NCBI GenBank assembly: GCA_036172245.1
Contig: JAYWIR010000040.1
Coordinates: forward strand, 1,736,001 to 1,800,000
DNA: 64,000 nt
Direction of reading: 5' to 3'
Source: Raillietiella orientalis
Lineage: Eukaryota
A model generated the notes under the pieces. The model did no database searches. It was not told the origin of the DNA and was given only the letters and a program-made list of their open reading frames with translations. The translations under genes and the position numbers were made by a program. Positions 36,801 to 48,925 of this stretch are shown piece after piece. Every line of letters starts with the position of its first letter. Position 1 is the stretch's first letter.

Positions 36801-39800
36801 GAACGTCTTTGCCCGAGCAGCTCCAAGAGTGCTCGCGCGGGGGACTCCTCGCTGCTCTGCTTTCATGCGGAGCTGGACGCTGCTCTCTCGGCAACGGAAA
36901 CGAAAAAACGATGGCTCAGCTGATAAAGGAGAGGAGCACGCGGCACTAAATCTGTTCAGGCCGTTAGCCTAAAAGGGATTCGAGGACCGACAGGACGCTC
37001 CGTTTATGGAAAATGATGGGAAAGTTCCGCTTACTGTGGAAGAATCTGCAGGTCGGAAGATAATTCTCTCCCTGAAAACTCGGGAGATGCTCAGGAAGAA
37101 CAAGAAGCTAGGAATTAAGAAGCTCGTCTGCATGATTCGAGCTCCGGGTCTTTCTCGTAATTGGATCGTTTCGAGTCATTCCGCCCTTTTGATCAGCAGC
37201 GTCTCTCTCTGATTTCCTCCCAGGAGGACCGATAGGTGCGGAAACTTCAGCGTCTCGCCCGCGGCGACACGTGACGCCTTCTGCCGTGGGAGAACTCCCT
37301 CTCTCTCACCTCTATCTTCCCCCTCCCCGAACCGCTCGCTGGCAGCAACCCTCAAGGAAGCGAGCTGACACGACGCCGCAGCAGAGTCCCCGTTTCCCGT
37401 GGCGTCCGCTGCGGTGGAATGTAGAGGAACCATCCTCTCCATGCCATCGCGGGAGCCGAGCTCCGCCCGGTCCCGCGCGGGTGAGGAGAATCCCTTCTCC
37501 TCCAGGAAGGCACCGAGAGGCATCTCTCGCTGCTGGGAATCGCCTTCTCGCAGCGGTCACGGGGGCTCGCTTTCACGTATGCTCCCGTCGCGGTGTTTGC
37601 CGTAAGGTGATGAAGAGCTCCCTCTCAAATTTCATCTGCTTTCTTTCCATATTCATTCGTGCTCCTTCACAAACACGGGGGACTTAGAGTCGGTGGCTGC
37701 AAGTGGGAGGAAGTACTAAGAGAAGTCCATAAATCGAAAGTCAGGTTATTAATACATCACGGCAGAAATGTCTCGAATGCACAGCTGTCTGAGAATCGAA
37801 ATCAATAAGACAGTAATTTTCATCTTTATTGTGTGCTTGTCATACGCAGAGAGCCTGCTGAAGAAAACAAAAAGAGTTTGCTGAACACGAGCCATGAAAC
37901 GCATGTCTTGGATTTTGCGGTGCAAACAGAGAGAGATGCATCGGGCGTGAGTGGGGGATGCGCGCTCACGCGCAGCTAGTGCTGCCCCCTCGCTGGGTCT
38001 CTCCATCCCAGGGTAGCATCCTCTTAACCGAGAGCGGAGTCCGAGGGTCTCATTGTCTGATCCTACAGAGGGGCTCTCTGCAAGGCATGTGCTCCCCGTG
38101 TTGACCACACGAGCTCCCTCCCTTCGTCCACTCTGTGTGCAGAGGCCATTTCGTCTCCGTCCTCCCCCAATTGTGACCTCGCGCGAAGGCGATTTGGTGC
38201 CTCGCACTCCTGAAGCCACTGCATCCTCGGTCATTGAGAACTTTACCTGAACACTCTCGCCTGTACTGCTCGGGACATCGCCAGCTGGGCCTCTGCGTAC
38301 CTGCAGGCGTCAGGGTTGAGGAAGCTGACCTTCTGGTCTGCTAAGGACGAGCGCTCCCCCACACGCAGGACCAGTTTCATCTGCGATGCCTCTCCCTTGG
38401 GTAGCTCCCGAGTCTGCTGGGCTGCGTCCAATTTCTCATCAGCCGCTCTCGTGCGCAGAGAGGCGTGCGCGGAGGGTACTTAGAGATGCGCATCGGGTAC
38501 TCCAGGAATGACAAAGAGAGACATTGCAAGAACTGAATAAGAGCCTTCTTTACTTCGTTCTTATTCGGAGGAGCAGAGAGAAAGAAGCTTTGGAAACGGG
38601 ATGCAGATCGCCTCTTTGCTGGAGCAAGCATGGACCGAACTTCCAGGCGTCCCGTAGGCCACGTCCGTCACACCTGGTGAGAGGATGCTCATCTGCACCG
38701 ATCACCTTGATCAGGGACAGTAGAAAAATCTGGAACAGAAAAAAGTGGTTAGTAGGCTGAACGAAGACCGGTCTGCTGATGGTCCTGCGCGGAGGAAAAA
38801 TTTCCGGGAGACTCACCAGAGCTCCAAAGGTATCCTCCTTTATTACCGGACTGTCGTACCACGAGAAGTAGACGCCTTCAGAATAGGTGGTTCCTCCTTT
38901 CCCGGTTTCTTTGACGCTGCTGACTGACCTGTTTCTTCCTGCGGCTGGCTAAAACTGGCCTGAATACCATCGTTCGCGGTGCTTCTCTTCCATCTTAAAG
39001 GCAGAAGAAACTTGAGGGAACAGCGTAGAAAGGGCACGCGGAGTCATCTTCCGGACGCGACCGTGGACCCATCCATCCTTGGGCCACGCACACACATGTT
39101 ATAAAGACCGAACGGCAGACCTCATACGGCAGACCTCATACGACCTCATACGTCGACGCTGGATACATTTCTGATTTTGGGACTTGGGGCAGGGGGTTGC
39201 TGGAGGGACTCCGGAACGCTGCGCAGAGGAGGAACGGCGGAGCCCAGAGGTCTCATGGCACGTCCGAGGGCAAAAGAAGCAGAAATCCCGTGGAGGGAAG
39301 CCTAGAAGGTAGCGAGCCCGAGGGAGAATAACTGAGGACCGTCAAAAGACTAACAATCTCGCCATCTTCATCCACCTCTCACGATATCTCCCTCTACGCC
39401 TTGGTTGATCCCCGGCATGCGGGTTGGGATCAAACGAGTGAGTTATCGGCTATCATTTCTTGCAAGCGTGGTCACCATGGAACTTGGAAGCAAAAGTCTC
39501 TGTACCCCCCAAGTCATTCCTTTCGGCGGAGACCAAAGCTTGGGGTCGGCTTGGCACCTCAAAGCTTCCTGAGAAGTGGCTGTCTTGGTTTCCCTGAGAC
39601 TTCGTCCATGCAACGAAAGACATTCGGAAGAACAGAGTGAGACAAAAAAGGAAGAGAAATAACAAAGGAGGAGAAGGGGGAGGAAGAGGGGGAAACAACG
39701 CATTGCGCGCACTTTGGAGTTATGGGCTATCGTTGCCACGACAACCCATAACTCTGCTCGGAAGTCCCTTGAAGTGCTTCGTTCATCCGGCGCGTCCCGA

Positions 39801-42800
39801 ACAGCTGCACATTCATCTGAAAGAAGCACCTTGAGGGCGAACCCTCGACCACTTGGCGGGGGCGTCACCACCTCCGTCCTGACCTCCCCTGCGTCGGTGC
39901 TTCCCTTTCCCACCGTTCGCGGAGATCGCGCGAAGGTTTTGAGTGCGGAGGCGAGAATCCGCGGATTCCGCTTCCTTCCTTCTCGTCAGTCCCGTCGGTC
40001 TCCAGGGAATCTCAGGGAATCTCACGTTACAACCAGGTCTCCCCTCCTCCACCCTCAGCTCACTCTTTCATGTCGAAGACATCCTTGCCAAACCGAGAAG
40101 GACCCTCTGCGCGTCGCTGTCTCGGGGAGTGCGGCGCCAACTGTGAGCGGTCCCTCCTTGGGATGGCGGCAGCCGCAGCAGCGTGCGCTTGGCTGCATGG
40201 CTCCTCGAGGTGGCTCGTGTGTAAGGGACCGTTGAAGGAGCCATTGTGCTGATTCTCTCGAGTACGGACGAATTCACCCTCGCGAGATGCCCTTGGGAAG
40301 ATGCAACGCTGGACGAGAGCCCCTTCCAGCTACCGGATGCTGGCTGACCGCGCCATCAGTTCTGTACGCGACTGGGCATGCACGAGAAGACCGGTTTCCA
40401 TCCTTCTTGCAGACCTGAGATCAGCTCCTCCTTCTCTCTCCTCCCGGCTTGGCACTGCCAGCTACCCAAGTCTGAGTGGAGCTGGTCTGGCAGCACCTCC
40501 AGTCCTTGTCCTGCGGCTCCCTGCAGGGTCATCGCGTCCGAAGGCGGGGAGGTCGTTTGTGCGACCGAGAGAGCGCCGATAGAAGAGTATCTCCTTACGG
40601 AGTCAGGAGTCCTCCCAGCCTGTACCCGGCCCCCCTCCTTAGTCGCATCTCTCGCAAGGTTTGGAGGGGGAGAGGAAGGACACCAGCTGCACCTCCGCCT
40701 CTTCCACCACCCTTGTTCCCCTGATAGCTTCTTTCCCGGCGTCCTCCCCTCCATTGTCTTAGCCGCTGTTTGATTCCCGGAGGACTCGGAGAGCGAAGAA
40801 CAGCATTTTCCACGTCTCTTCAGGGCACGCTTGTCAGCCAACCAACCTTGCCATCCCAAAGACGGAGACCCACATTGGCGGCCGCGTGGCTGCGGTCTCT
40901 GTGCCACGTGGTACCAAAGCGTTGCGGGTTCGAATCCTTACGTGGAGGATCGACACCGGAGAAATGGGTGGTGCGTCGTGGTTTTCCCCGCAGGATGACT
41001 CTGGTTGGCCTATTCGCGATGGAGGTTGACCTTCTGGAGTACTTCCAGGAATTAGGGAGTCGGTTCCTTCGGGGTTCTCCCCCGGTTGGGCAAATGAAGC
41101 CATCCTTCCCCCCTCTCCCCGAGCGGACGCCCCCCATCTCGGACCGACTAGTTGGTGGATCGACACCTCTCCAAAGTGTGAAGAAGAGCGCGGCTCCCTT
41201 CGGCAATCGCGCCCTTCAGAGAAAACTGAGAAGAGTCCCTTCGGGGTCCTCTTCGGGAGGAGTAACAAGGAGCAGTTCCCTTGCAGGTTCCTTCCGGAGA
41301 AGAATTGAGGGGCTCCCTCCGGGGGTTCCCCTGGAGAGAATAAAGGAAAGGGTCCCTCCAAGCTTCCCTTTCAAGAGTAAGAGAGGAACTGACCCCTTCC
41401 TCCGGAGCCCTTCCTGGATTCATGGGGTGATTCCTGAGGAGTTGCCCCCTAAATTGAAAAAGTAGAACGCACCCCCAGGTGGCATGGGCAGCGTTGAAGA
41501 GCCCCGTGAGTTTCCAGGAGGGTAGTTCTTCACCACTGGTGAACCAAAAAGAAAAAGAAAATCCGAAGAAAAAAATATCTGGAAGGGAAGAAGAGAAAAC
41601 GGAAGAACCTGAAAGGATTCTCATCATTCCAGGTTAATAGTGACCATCTTCCCGTGAGGTCGCTACTGATCTTTGAAAAAAGAAAAAGGAAAAACGAGAG
41701 AAAAAAAAAAAAGACCGCTCCCCTCCTTCCTTTCCTCCACCCGGCAGGTCAGGTCATTGTCATCGCGCTCTCCGCTTGAGCTCGTCCGAAAGAGCCGCTG
41801 AGGCTGGGCAGAGATGAGTAGGTGGCTTCCCGCAAGCCCTCCCGGACCCTCTGGGCGCAACGGAGAGGTGCTCGCGAACCCCATTTCTCTTGGAGTAAGG
41901 ATAAACCGAGATCACGGACGTCCTGAAGCCTCAATTGCCGAAAGGGGCAAGTAGCGATTTGTAGCCCTCGATGTTTTGCTCGGTAATGGGCGCCTTGCGA
42001 GGCGATCCGAATCATCTTCTCGATGGCACCAGTCGGGGCCTGGAGGCTGGGAGGTCGCTTGATGATGGGCGACGCCACTACCTTCACTCAAATAGGTCAC
42101 GTGCTCCAGACTCCTAGTCTTTCAGAGAGCAGCTCGATCGGAATCTTGAGATGCCATCAGGGGGTCCGACAACCACGCTGGTCTTCGTCGGTTGCGTAAG
42201 GGCTGCTCTTTCCACGCGAGCTACGCTGAAAGAACGGAGCGGATCACACCCTCCAAGAGGAAAGCTGCAGATGAAGCGCGTCAGGAGGACGGTGGTGTCC
42301 CCGATTCTTGGCTCCCCCCTTCTCCCTTTTCAGAGCCATCACTCCGGATACACGCATGACCTTGGGTATTCTCCTGCCCCCGACGCTGGAACCGGTGGGG
42401 TTCACGGAAACGACCTTGGAAGACGAACCTCGAGACAGGACCCCTCTATGTCCCTCGCGGCGGTCAAGGCCAAAGACATGCGACGGCCGAGAGGCAGAAA
42501 TGCCGGGCGAGCGACCTGCCTGGTTCCGCCGAGGACGATCCTCTCGGAAACGCAAAGGTCACCACCGAGGCCCTCAAGTGCGCTCATCTCGCTTTCGCCT
42601 CTCCCATTCGAGCACGCCGGGGCGGAACCGCGTTCCAGATGGCCCCAGGATTCCCGCGTTTCCTCCTCCCAGGAGCGCACAAACGGACTGGAGATCTTCC
42701 TGAAGCTGCTCTCTCTCTGCCCCTTTTCCGAGGGAAGATACGACTGCGGTCCGGACACGCTGATCCCGCACTTTGCTTGACTCCTGTTGAGAGTTCGCGC

Positions 42801-44623
42801 CGTTCGCGCAGCCGGACAGCAGGGCGCGAGCCGGAAGGCACAAAAACAGCCGGGAATTCCTCTCCGGAAGAAAAGGGGAGCCGGCCTTGTAGGGGATCCT
42901 GTCCGGAACGAAAGGGGATCCGTGGAGCACTAGAACTGGGGCCGAACTCCGACTCCAGTTAGGCCGAGGTCCGAAGCAGGAGACGCAGGTGATTGCCGTC
43001 CCTGCTTTCGTCCGCTTCGCCAGCGAAGTCCCTGGCGATTTCATGCAAAGGGCGCCGCCTGCCTCCCTCTGAGTTCCATTCGCCTCCGGGAGATGACCTC
43101 TTCCCATCCCATGCCCACCAGCAGCCCCGCTCCGAGGACCGCCCCGGAACGGGCAGCGAAGGTCGGCGAGAGGAATGGCCGCAGTGCGCCTGCGTACGGC
43201 AGCGCAGCGTTGCCCTCGAGAGTCTTCTCCACGCGGGCGCTTCCGGACAACTCCCCAGCCCGCGCGCATTCTCAGAAAAGTGGCTTCCGGGTGTCTCGAT
43301 GAGGTCCTGAAGGGACGCGTAGCGGGAGCTTTCCGTTTTCTGCTGCCGAAGCAATGGCAAGCCGGCAGACGGCGAGGACTCGATGCAAAGAGGAGCTCGC
43401 AGCAGGAGCCGCTGGGGATGCGCATCCGAGAAAGAGGTTGCGGGCGTCCTTCGCTGGTCCTACTGGCTCCACCCCTTCCTCTTTCATTCTTCCTCCTTCA
43501 CCTCTCACTTCCTATTCCACTTCCCTCTTTCCCCTTTCGTTCTTCAGTCTCCCTGTTTCCTTGTTATGATGTTAGTGCTGCCCTGCAAGGTGTCATCGTC
43601 GTGACGTAGAGGCTACCTCGTAAACGAGAGTTTCCCTCTTTCTCTCTCCGTCGCCGATACCGGTCCAGGGGAACGGGGAAGCTTTCCTGGATTAGGAAGA
43701 CCTGCCGGAACTTCCACGATCATCGAGGGGTTCGGACGCCAGCTATCCCCCGTGCCTTGCGCTTCCTGCCGAAGGCACTCTCCTCAGGGAGTCCAGCCAG
43801 CGTTTTCCACCCTCTCCCCAAGCGAGGAGCAGTTTCTTCCAGTCGGCAAGCTGGCTGCCTGCCGTCCTCACTAGTATGGAGGGAGTTTCCATGGATCTGG
43901 GTTTTACCAGACTTCCTGTCCCACACCTTGCTCGATGTTGACCTTCCTCCCCCTTCTTCTGCTACTTTTCTCCCCTCCTCAGACCGCCGTCCTTTTTTTA
44001 TCTCTTTCTTTCAAACGGAAACAAACAGGAGGAACACCACCGCGGGACATGAGAAGACTTCATCCGGCATCCCTCTCGGTGGTCCTCCCAGCTCTCCTTC
44101 GCTCGTTCGGAACGAAGCGAAGCCACTACCATGGGTCCGCCGCTGCCATGGAGACAGGGTGAACAAGGCGGAAGTTTCCGCTGTCCTCGGAACACCGTGC
44201 TCGCCGTCCGTGCGTTCCTTCCTCCCCTGCCTTTCTGGAAACGACGCTCCACCTTTTGGTGGCAGATGTCCGAGGGTGAAGAGGCGGACGAATTCCGCAC
44301 GTCACCCTTGCCGTTGCTGAGAACCTGAGAGCAAGCGGAGCGCCGCATCTTTGCTTCGCCGTGCTGAGAGTCTTCCTAGCGGCATAGCGAAGGGAGAGAA
44401 AGGAGGGGTCGGCTCGTGCATGTCCGGTTCCAGCGCTCCTTCTCCCCCCCTCTTTCCGGCGCCAACGCTGAAAGAATCCCTCCTGTTTGCAGGTGAAGCG
44501 CCTGCGGCCATGTACTCCAAGGCGGACACCCGTAGGAGTCTCGTCCATGCCCTGCAGGTGACCGGAACCGTCCTGCACGCACTCACCATGGCGGCCGCAC
44601 TTTCTAAAATGGGGTGCTCCTAG
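11718..44623 (+). CDS. dpr6-like: Dpr-family (defective proboscis extension response / zig-8-like) two-Ig-domain cell-surface protein; spliced CDS join(11718..11893,29046..29256,32576..32703,33025..33193,44493..44623), 5' exon not identified
   Basis: Five exons with GT-AG boundaries and compatible phases (0,1,0,1) join into one open frame: PYFD..NVT..GKTAYLNCRVKNLGNKT|VSWIRHRDIHILTVG..DQRF..DWTLQIK..DSGLYECQVSTQP..|VPLATILGVPDLYVDKGSMINLTC..FWYH|VINYDSPRGGVSVITEKG..DSGRYTCSPSN..VHVLN|GEAPAAM..stop. These are hallmark Dpr motifs; the Ig2 text most resembles my recollection of the Dpr6/10 subgroup. Six N-glycosylation sequons (NTT, NST, NVT, NKT, NLS, NLT). Confidence 0.93.
12430..12720 (-). 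mobile_element. Decayed LINE C-terminal zinc-knuckle (zf-RVT-like) relic
   Basis: Minus-frame DSAPRRGSPLPMTHSSPTCEDVRDLR resembles an eroded DxCPRCGxxETxxHxFxxCxxVRxLW. Confidence 0.35.
15030..15400 (-). mobile_element. Decayed LINE AP-endonuclease relic
   Basis: Minus-frame GDPFRKL ... SLLDRYY resembles APE DxFRxLHP ... SRLDRFY motifs. Confidence 0.35.
16094..16651. repeat. Foldback / long imperfect inverted repeat
   Basis: 16094-16172 is reverse-complementary to 16573-16651, and about 16176-16280 to about 16352-16460; loop about 70 nt and a one-sided insert of about 110 nt. Confidence 0.9.
17750..18860 (+). mobile_element. Decayed L1/Tx1-type LINE 3' part
   Basis: GGGL (cf. GGLG) near 17830, and CLRC followed after a frameshift by PEGNTPTHILM near 18530-18590 (zf-RVT-like). 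Confidence 0.4.
21500..22050 (+). mobile_element. Decayed LINE reverse-transcriptase relic
   Basis: Ordered eroded motifs NYPIRPL (NYRPISL), FIPGSI (GFIPGRSI), VLDFRKPRNSLS (LDFxKAFDSVS), PGVQRTKSSPL (GVRQGCPLSPL). Confidence 0.55.
24798..24825. repeat. (TC)n microsatellite
   Basis: About 14 perfect TC units. Confidence 0.95.
25280..25318. repeat. (GCC)n/(GCT)n compound trinucleotide repeat
   Basis: gctgccgccgccgccactgctgctgctgctgctgctgct. Confidence 0.9.
27780..28900 (-). mobile_element. Decayed LINE 3' relic
   Basis: Weak post-RT-like text and an eroded zinc knuckle (RPF..EDTL) on the minus strand. Confidence 0.3.
29046..29256 (+). CDS. dpr6-like: dpr-like exon B: remainder of Ig1
   Basis: Acceptor ttccAG (29044-45), donor GTAAGT (29257); VSWIRHRDIHILTVGQYTYTNDQRF...DSGLYECQVSTQPIRSFFVNLSVV. 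Confidence 0.96.
32576..32703 (+). CDS. dpr6-like: dpr-like exon C: first half of Ig2
   Basis: Acceptor ccccAG (32574-75), donor GTGAGT (32704); (V)PLATILGVPDLYVDKGSMINLTCVIRFSVDSPDYLFWYHENQ. Confidence 0.95.
33025..33193 (+). CDS. dpr6-like: dpr-like exon D: second half of Ig2
   Basis: Polypyrimidine tract plus cAG (33023-24), donor GTAAGC (33194); VINYDSPRGGVSVITEKGKVTTSYLLLQNAQTSDSGRYTCSPSNSNSAAITVHVLN. Confidence 0.96.
33270..34020 (+). mobile_element. Repeat family B copy 1 (LINE 3' end or SINE-like), A-rich tail
   Basis: Direct homology to 40870-41560; contains GGTTCGAATCC (B-box-like); ends in aaccaaaaaaagaaag. Confidence 0.8.
35750..36400 (-). mobile_element. Decayed LINE RT relic
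   Basis: QLHADK (cf. YADD), RKSTAAW (cf. KS) and KCLGYP (cf. YLGxP) in order on the minus strand. Confidence 0.35.
39112..39152. repeat. Short tandem repeat
   Basis: acggcagacctcat x2 followed by acgacctcatacg. Confidence 0.85.
40870..41560 (+). mobile_element. Repeat family B copy 2, A-rich tail
   Basis: Direct homology to 33270-34020; 40989-41383 is identical to 33441-33835. Confidence 0.8.
44493..44623 (+). CDS. dpr6-like: dpr-like terminal exon E: linker and putative GPI-signal tail
   Basis: Acceptor tttgcAG (44491-92); phase-1 join gives GEAPAAM, matching the typical Dpr GExPAAM start of the last exon; moderately hydrophobic tail; TAG at 44621-23. Confidence 0.85.
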
Positions 44624-44740
44624 GGACAAGGGAAGTCCACAAGTCCGACGTCCACAAGCCCTAGGGAGTGGACGGCACTTGTTTGTACTGTGGGCCAATC
44701 GGATGACCTTTTGTTTCTAAAAAAAGAAGAAAAAGAAAAC

Positions 44741-44746
44741 AATAAA
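44741..44746 (+). promoter_or_regulatory. Candidate polyadenylation signal AATAAA for the dpr-like gene
   Basis: First AATAAA about 120 nt after the stop codon, but it sits in an A-rich tract where chance hits are common. Confidence 0.35.
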
Positions 44747-47700
44747 AGAAAACCCCTGTCTCCCGCCCGTCTTTTCTTGTGTCTAAGCCTTCCAGGTTCC
44801 CTCCGGAGTTTTCTCAACGACGTTGCTGCAAACGCCGGCGACGGCGCCCAATCTGGAGTCGTCAGCAGCCCCGGAAAGAGGGAACAAAGGTCGTCCTACC
44901 TGAACCTCCCGGGTTCGCCTCCTCCTCCTCGACTGCTGGAGGTTTCCCGCCCCAGCATCGGCAGAGGTCCTACAGCGCTGATGGCAAGAAGTCCCTTTTT
45001 GTCTTGCCTTCCCTCGTCTGTCACGGATGAGTCGCATGCGAAGCGATCCATGCGTCTTGCTTTTCTCTTCCGGGGGGATGAGGGACGAGGAGCCCATCTC
45101 CCCGAGGAGACACGCAGAGTTTCAGATGCCTCGGTACCATCGAAGGGATGGAAGAGAGAAAAGAAAAAGAGTGAAAAGAGAAGAGTGATGGAGAGCTCCG
45201 GTATGGAATCTTCAGCCCTCGGGAAGATAGGGAACTACTCTCGGAACAGCGGCGGAAGGACTGCACCGTCCTCCGTCTGCTGGACCATTCATCATTCCTC
45301 GTCTTCACCCGCTGTCTGGGAGCAAGTCAGGCGTGGTGGAGTGGCGGGAAGACACGGCATCCCCTTCTCTCGCACGAGCGCTGAAAATGGACTTTTTCTT
45401 GCCAAGCTGTTGTGCACTCCCTTCTACGCCCGCGCAAGCACTGCAGCGCCACTGCCGTCACGCAGGGCAACGACTCTCACACGGGAAAAGGGGCAGAAGC
45501 GCTACTCAGAATCCCTTTAGCTACAGTTTTCCCCGTTCCGACGGTGGTTCCTGGAAAACAGGTTCGCCCATTAGCGGGGGACACGCCCGGGCCCTCTGAT
45601 TACTGACGCCTCAGTGGGACGCGCTGCCTGCCGAGCAACGCGAGTGTGCGCGGACTGCGATGTTCAGCAGACAGCCAGAGGCCGCACCGGAAGTCCACAC
45701 GCTACTTCGTTCCCTCGGGCAACTTCCCGGGCAATGCTTTCTGTCTCCGCTTATTCTTATTCTCTCGCTTATCCTTATAAAGGATCTAGGCAACCAGGTG
45801 GCCCTAAGTAAGCGGCCAGGTGGCGGGCCACACAGCTTCTTCCAGAGACCCCTTCCGGAGAGAGCCGCCCGAGTGAGCGGCCCCCTTGCAGCAAAGGGAG
45901 GCTCGGGGCCGGTCTAGGACCCGAGCCTCCCTCCGCTGCTCTAAGATCTGCCATAGGAAGGAAGAAGTGTTTCTACGGGAGCGTGGGAACATCTCCCTCA
46001 CTTCCCGCCGCCGTAGGGCGCTGTCACCAGGAAAGGTTACTCCCGAGACTGCAACCCCCGGCACCCGCGGGCGCGCTTGCCACTGAATACCCTTCCAGGC
46101 CCGGAAGCGTAAACACCAGGATCGTTTTATTGTGGGTGAGGCATCGCTTTGGGTCGTGTCTCTCCGTGGCCACGCTAAGAGCCACCCCAAGAGGAAATCC
46201 TTGAGGGTTGCTGGAGATCCACCACCATTCTTCCCCTCCAATACCTAGAATGGCAGTGATGCTGCAAGTCCCAGAGGCTCCGTGTGTTCTCTGCCTCATT
46301 TAGAGCTCTGTGGTGCCCTTTCGAACTGACACTCATCTGGAATGAAGTCCTTCTTTGCTAGACCCGTTTCCAAGGCGACCTTCATCCCAAGACAAACAGA
46401 GGACTCTCTTCCCGTGTCGGTCCGACCAATGGCTACCGAGGAACATCCAGCACTTTCCTGAGTGGTCATTCCCGAGCTCCCGTCTTGAAAGTACTTCCTC
46501 TTCCTCTGACTCTCCCAGATGCTCCCATTGTTCCCTCGGGGAAAAGACGTGAGCTCCTTTCAAACGTATCCGGATTCGGCGAACCCGATTGCCTCCTGGA
46601 CCACCTTACCATCGGCCACTTGTCAGGAGGATCTCTCCCGAAGGTCGGGATCGCGCGGCGGACGCCCTTCACCTTTTCCCCTTCTCCCGTCCCTCGCGCA
46701 TCTCCGGCGCGGTCGAGGCCACAGGAAATTGTCCTCCCTCCCGTCCCTCCATCCGGACGACTTCACTCGTCCTCTCCAGGAAAAGCGAGAAGAGGAGGGA
46801 TAAAGGAATAGATGGACTTTGGACAGCTATATCAAGCGCAGGGCGGAGGGTGTCCAGACGCTATCGATCGTCCAGCCCCCGGAAGATGGTGGCAGCAGCA
46901 TGGGGCGAAAAAATGACAAATTGGGGGAAAAGGGGAATGCGAGAAAAGAAAGAAATGAAGATGAAGATATCAGGAGTGAAGGTCGGGAAGAATAAAGGCG
47001 AGGCTGAAGGACAAGGACAGGGACAAAAATCCCTCAGGCTTTAGAGGGGCAGTTCGGGACTGGATTCCAGACCCATTCCCCGGCGCTTCCCCAGGAAGTT
47101 CCGCTTCCTCCACCCCTCCTTCTTAGGAGCCGCCTGATACGACGCCCCTAGAAACGAGGTTGCCTCCTCCCGCTCCCACCCCTGTCAGTCCCCTCTCAAG
47201 AGTAGGAAGGACATCCCCTGTGTCCCCTCTCGGAGAGCGAGCGAGCACAGAGGCCACCACTGATGGTCAGTAAGCGTGCAGACGTTCTGCAGGGAGGGAG
47301 GAAGTGCTCCAAGAGAAAACACCAAAGGAAAACAAGCGACCGTGGCCACTCTGTTTCTTCCTCGTCACCGTTCACGCACTCCCTTCTCGTCTCGTTCCCT
47401 GCCCCGTCTGATACTGGAGACAGTGAGCCGAGTGCGAGCAAGTTGCGAATGCATCTCACCCTTGTTACGAACCCCCAGGGTCCATGAAGGAGAGAGAGAG
47501 GAAGGAATAGAGGCAGAGCAGACCACTTCCCATAAGAGGGTTACCAAGCGAGAAAAGAGGAAATTTTTGGCGAGCAGCAGCACGGCTGAGCTCAGACATT
47601 CAGGAATGGAAATGATTCTCAGGGATGAGAATAAGCGATGAAAAAGATGAGAATGGTATGAGGGTGACGAGTCACGGAAAAAAAGCTGGCGGAGGACCGA

Positions 47701-48049
47701 AGAAAAGTGAAGCGGAGAATGGGAAACTTTCCCCGGACAACGGAACGACACTGGCCGTCATTGGACCATTCCCAGACTCCTTGGGTTTCGGGTGGTCTCC
47801 GAACACAGACGAGAGCACGGACGCCCCTGGAGCAAACTGCTTCCCTTAGTGCCTTCTCTTCGTGCTGAAATGCCGCTTTACACCCGGGTGCGCCGGGGCG
47901 TTTATTCTTGCGAACAAACATATAAATTCTGTGGGTGGATCAGTAGTTCAGCCACGCCCTAGATATTGGCAGCCTGCCGGGTCCCCGGTGCGCAGACCGA
48001 TGCGGTCCACCACGGCAGCAGAAGGGAGGCACCGTCTGCTGGGAGGGTC

Positions 48050-48560
48050 CGTCATCCTCTGGAGAATTCCGGCAAGCTGTTGCTGAATGTTGGATTCCAG
48101 ATGAGGCCATCGCCATCCTCAGGAAGCGGGCGGCGTATTCGTTGGCATCCCTGTCGCTGGGTCCTCTCGTCGCTTTGCTCCATGCAGCGACGATCCCGCG
48201 TAGGCAGCACAGGGATGCTAGCGAGGCCGCAGGCGGCAAAACTTCACGGACGAAGAGGGGTCGTAAAGCGTCTCTGGGGTTGCTTCCGGGATTCCCAGGG
48301 CCGCAGCAAAGCGTTCCCACAGGGGTCGGAGGACAACACAATCCACTAACAGGTGGGGGAGGTATTCCCTCTCCCCACACCTGACACAATTCGGGTTGAC
48401 ACCCCCCCACGTCCAGTGGTGTCGTGGGCGTTGCATGGGAACGAAATGCCGCGGGCCGGGAAGGATCTTGCGATTCAGTGGAGTCCCCTCCGTTCCTTCT
48501 TCCTCCGCTCTTCGGGCGGCTTGGAGGCAGCATTACGCAGTACCACTTACGAGCCCGGTT
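48050..48560 (-). mobile_element. L1/Tx1-type LINE 3' end relic (zf-RVT CCHC)
   Basis: NPNCVRCGEREYLPHLLVDCVVLRPLWERF and, after a frameshift, LCCLRGIVAAW; clearly homologous to 51924-52400. Confidence 0.8.
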
Positions 48561-48925
48561 TCCCAGAAGATGAATGGATGCACTGAGGCTGCGAAACCGG
48601 AGAGGCGGGAGGGAAAGACGCGCCGTCACCATGGATGGCACCCTGCAGAGGAAGTGAAGATGAAGATCCCACGGGGTTGCGTCTCCTCCGAAGAATCTTT
48701 GCGAAGCAGGTGCGAGTCTCTGAAAGGAGTCGTCTCTTCAGGGATGCAGCAGGCATGAAGAAGCTCGTCTAGAACAGAGACTCCTCACATTGCGAGTCTT
48801 CTTTAGGATTCTTGAAAACCTTAGTGAAAACACTCCACATTCCTAGTAAGTGATTCATTATGTGAACTCTCTATGTGAATCATTCCAAACCCTGTGAAAG
48901 ATTTTTTAAAAAAACATGCATTTGT

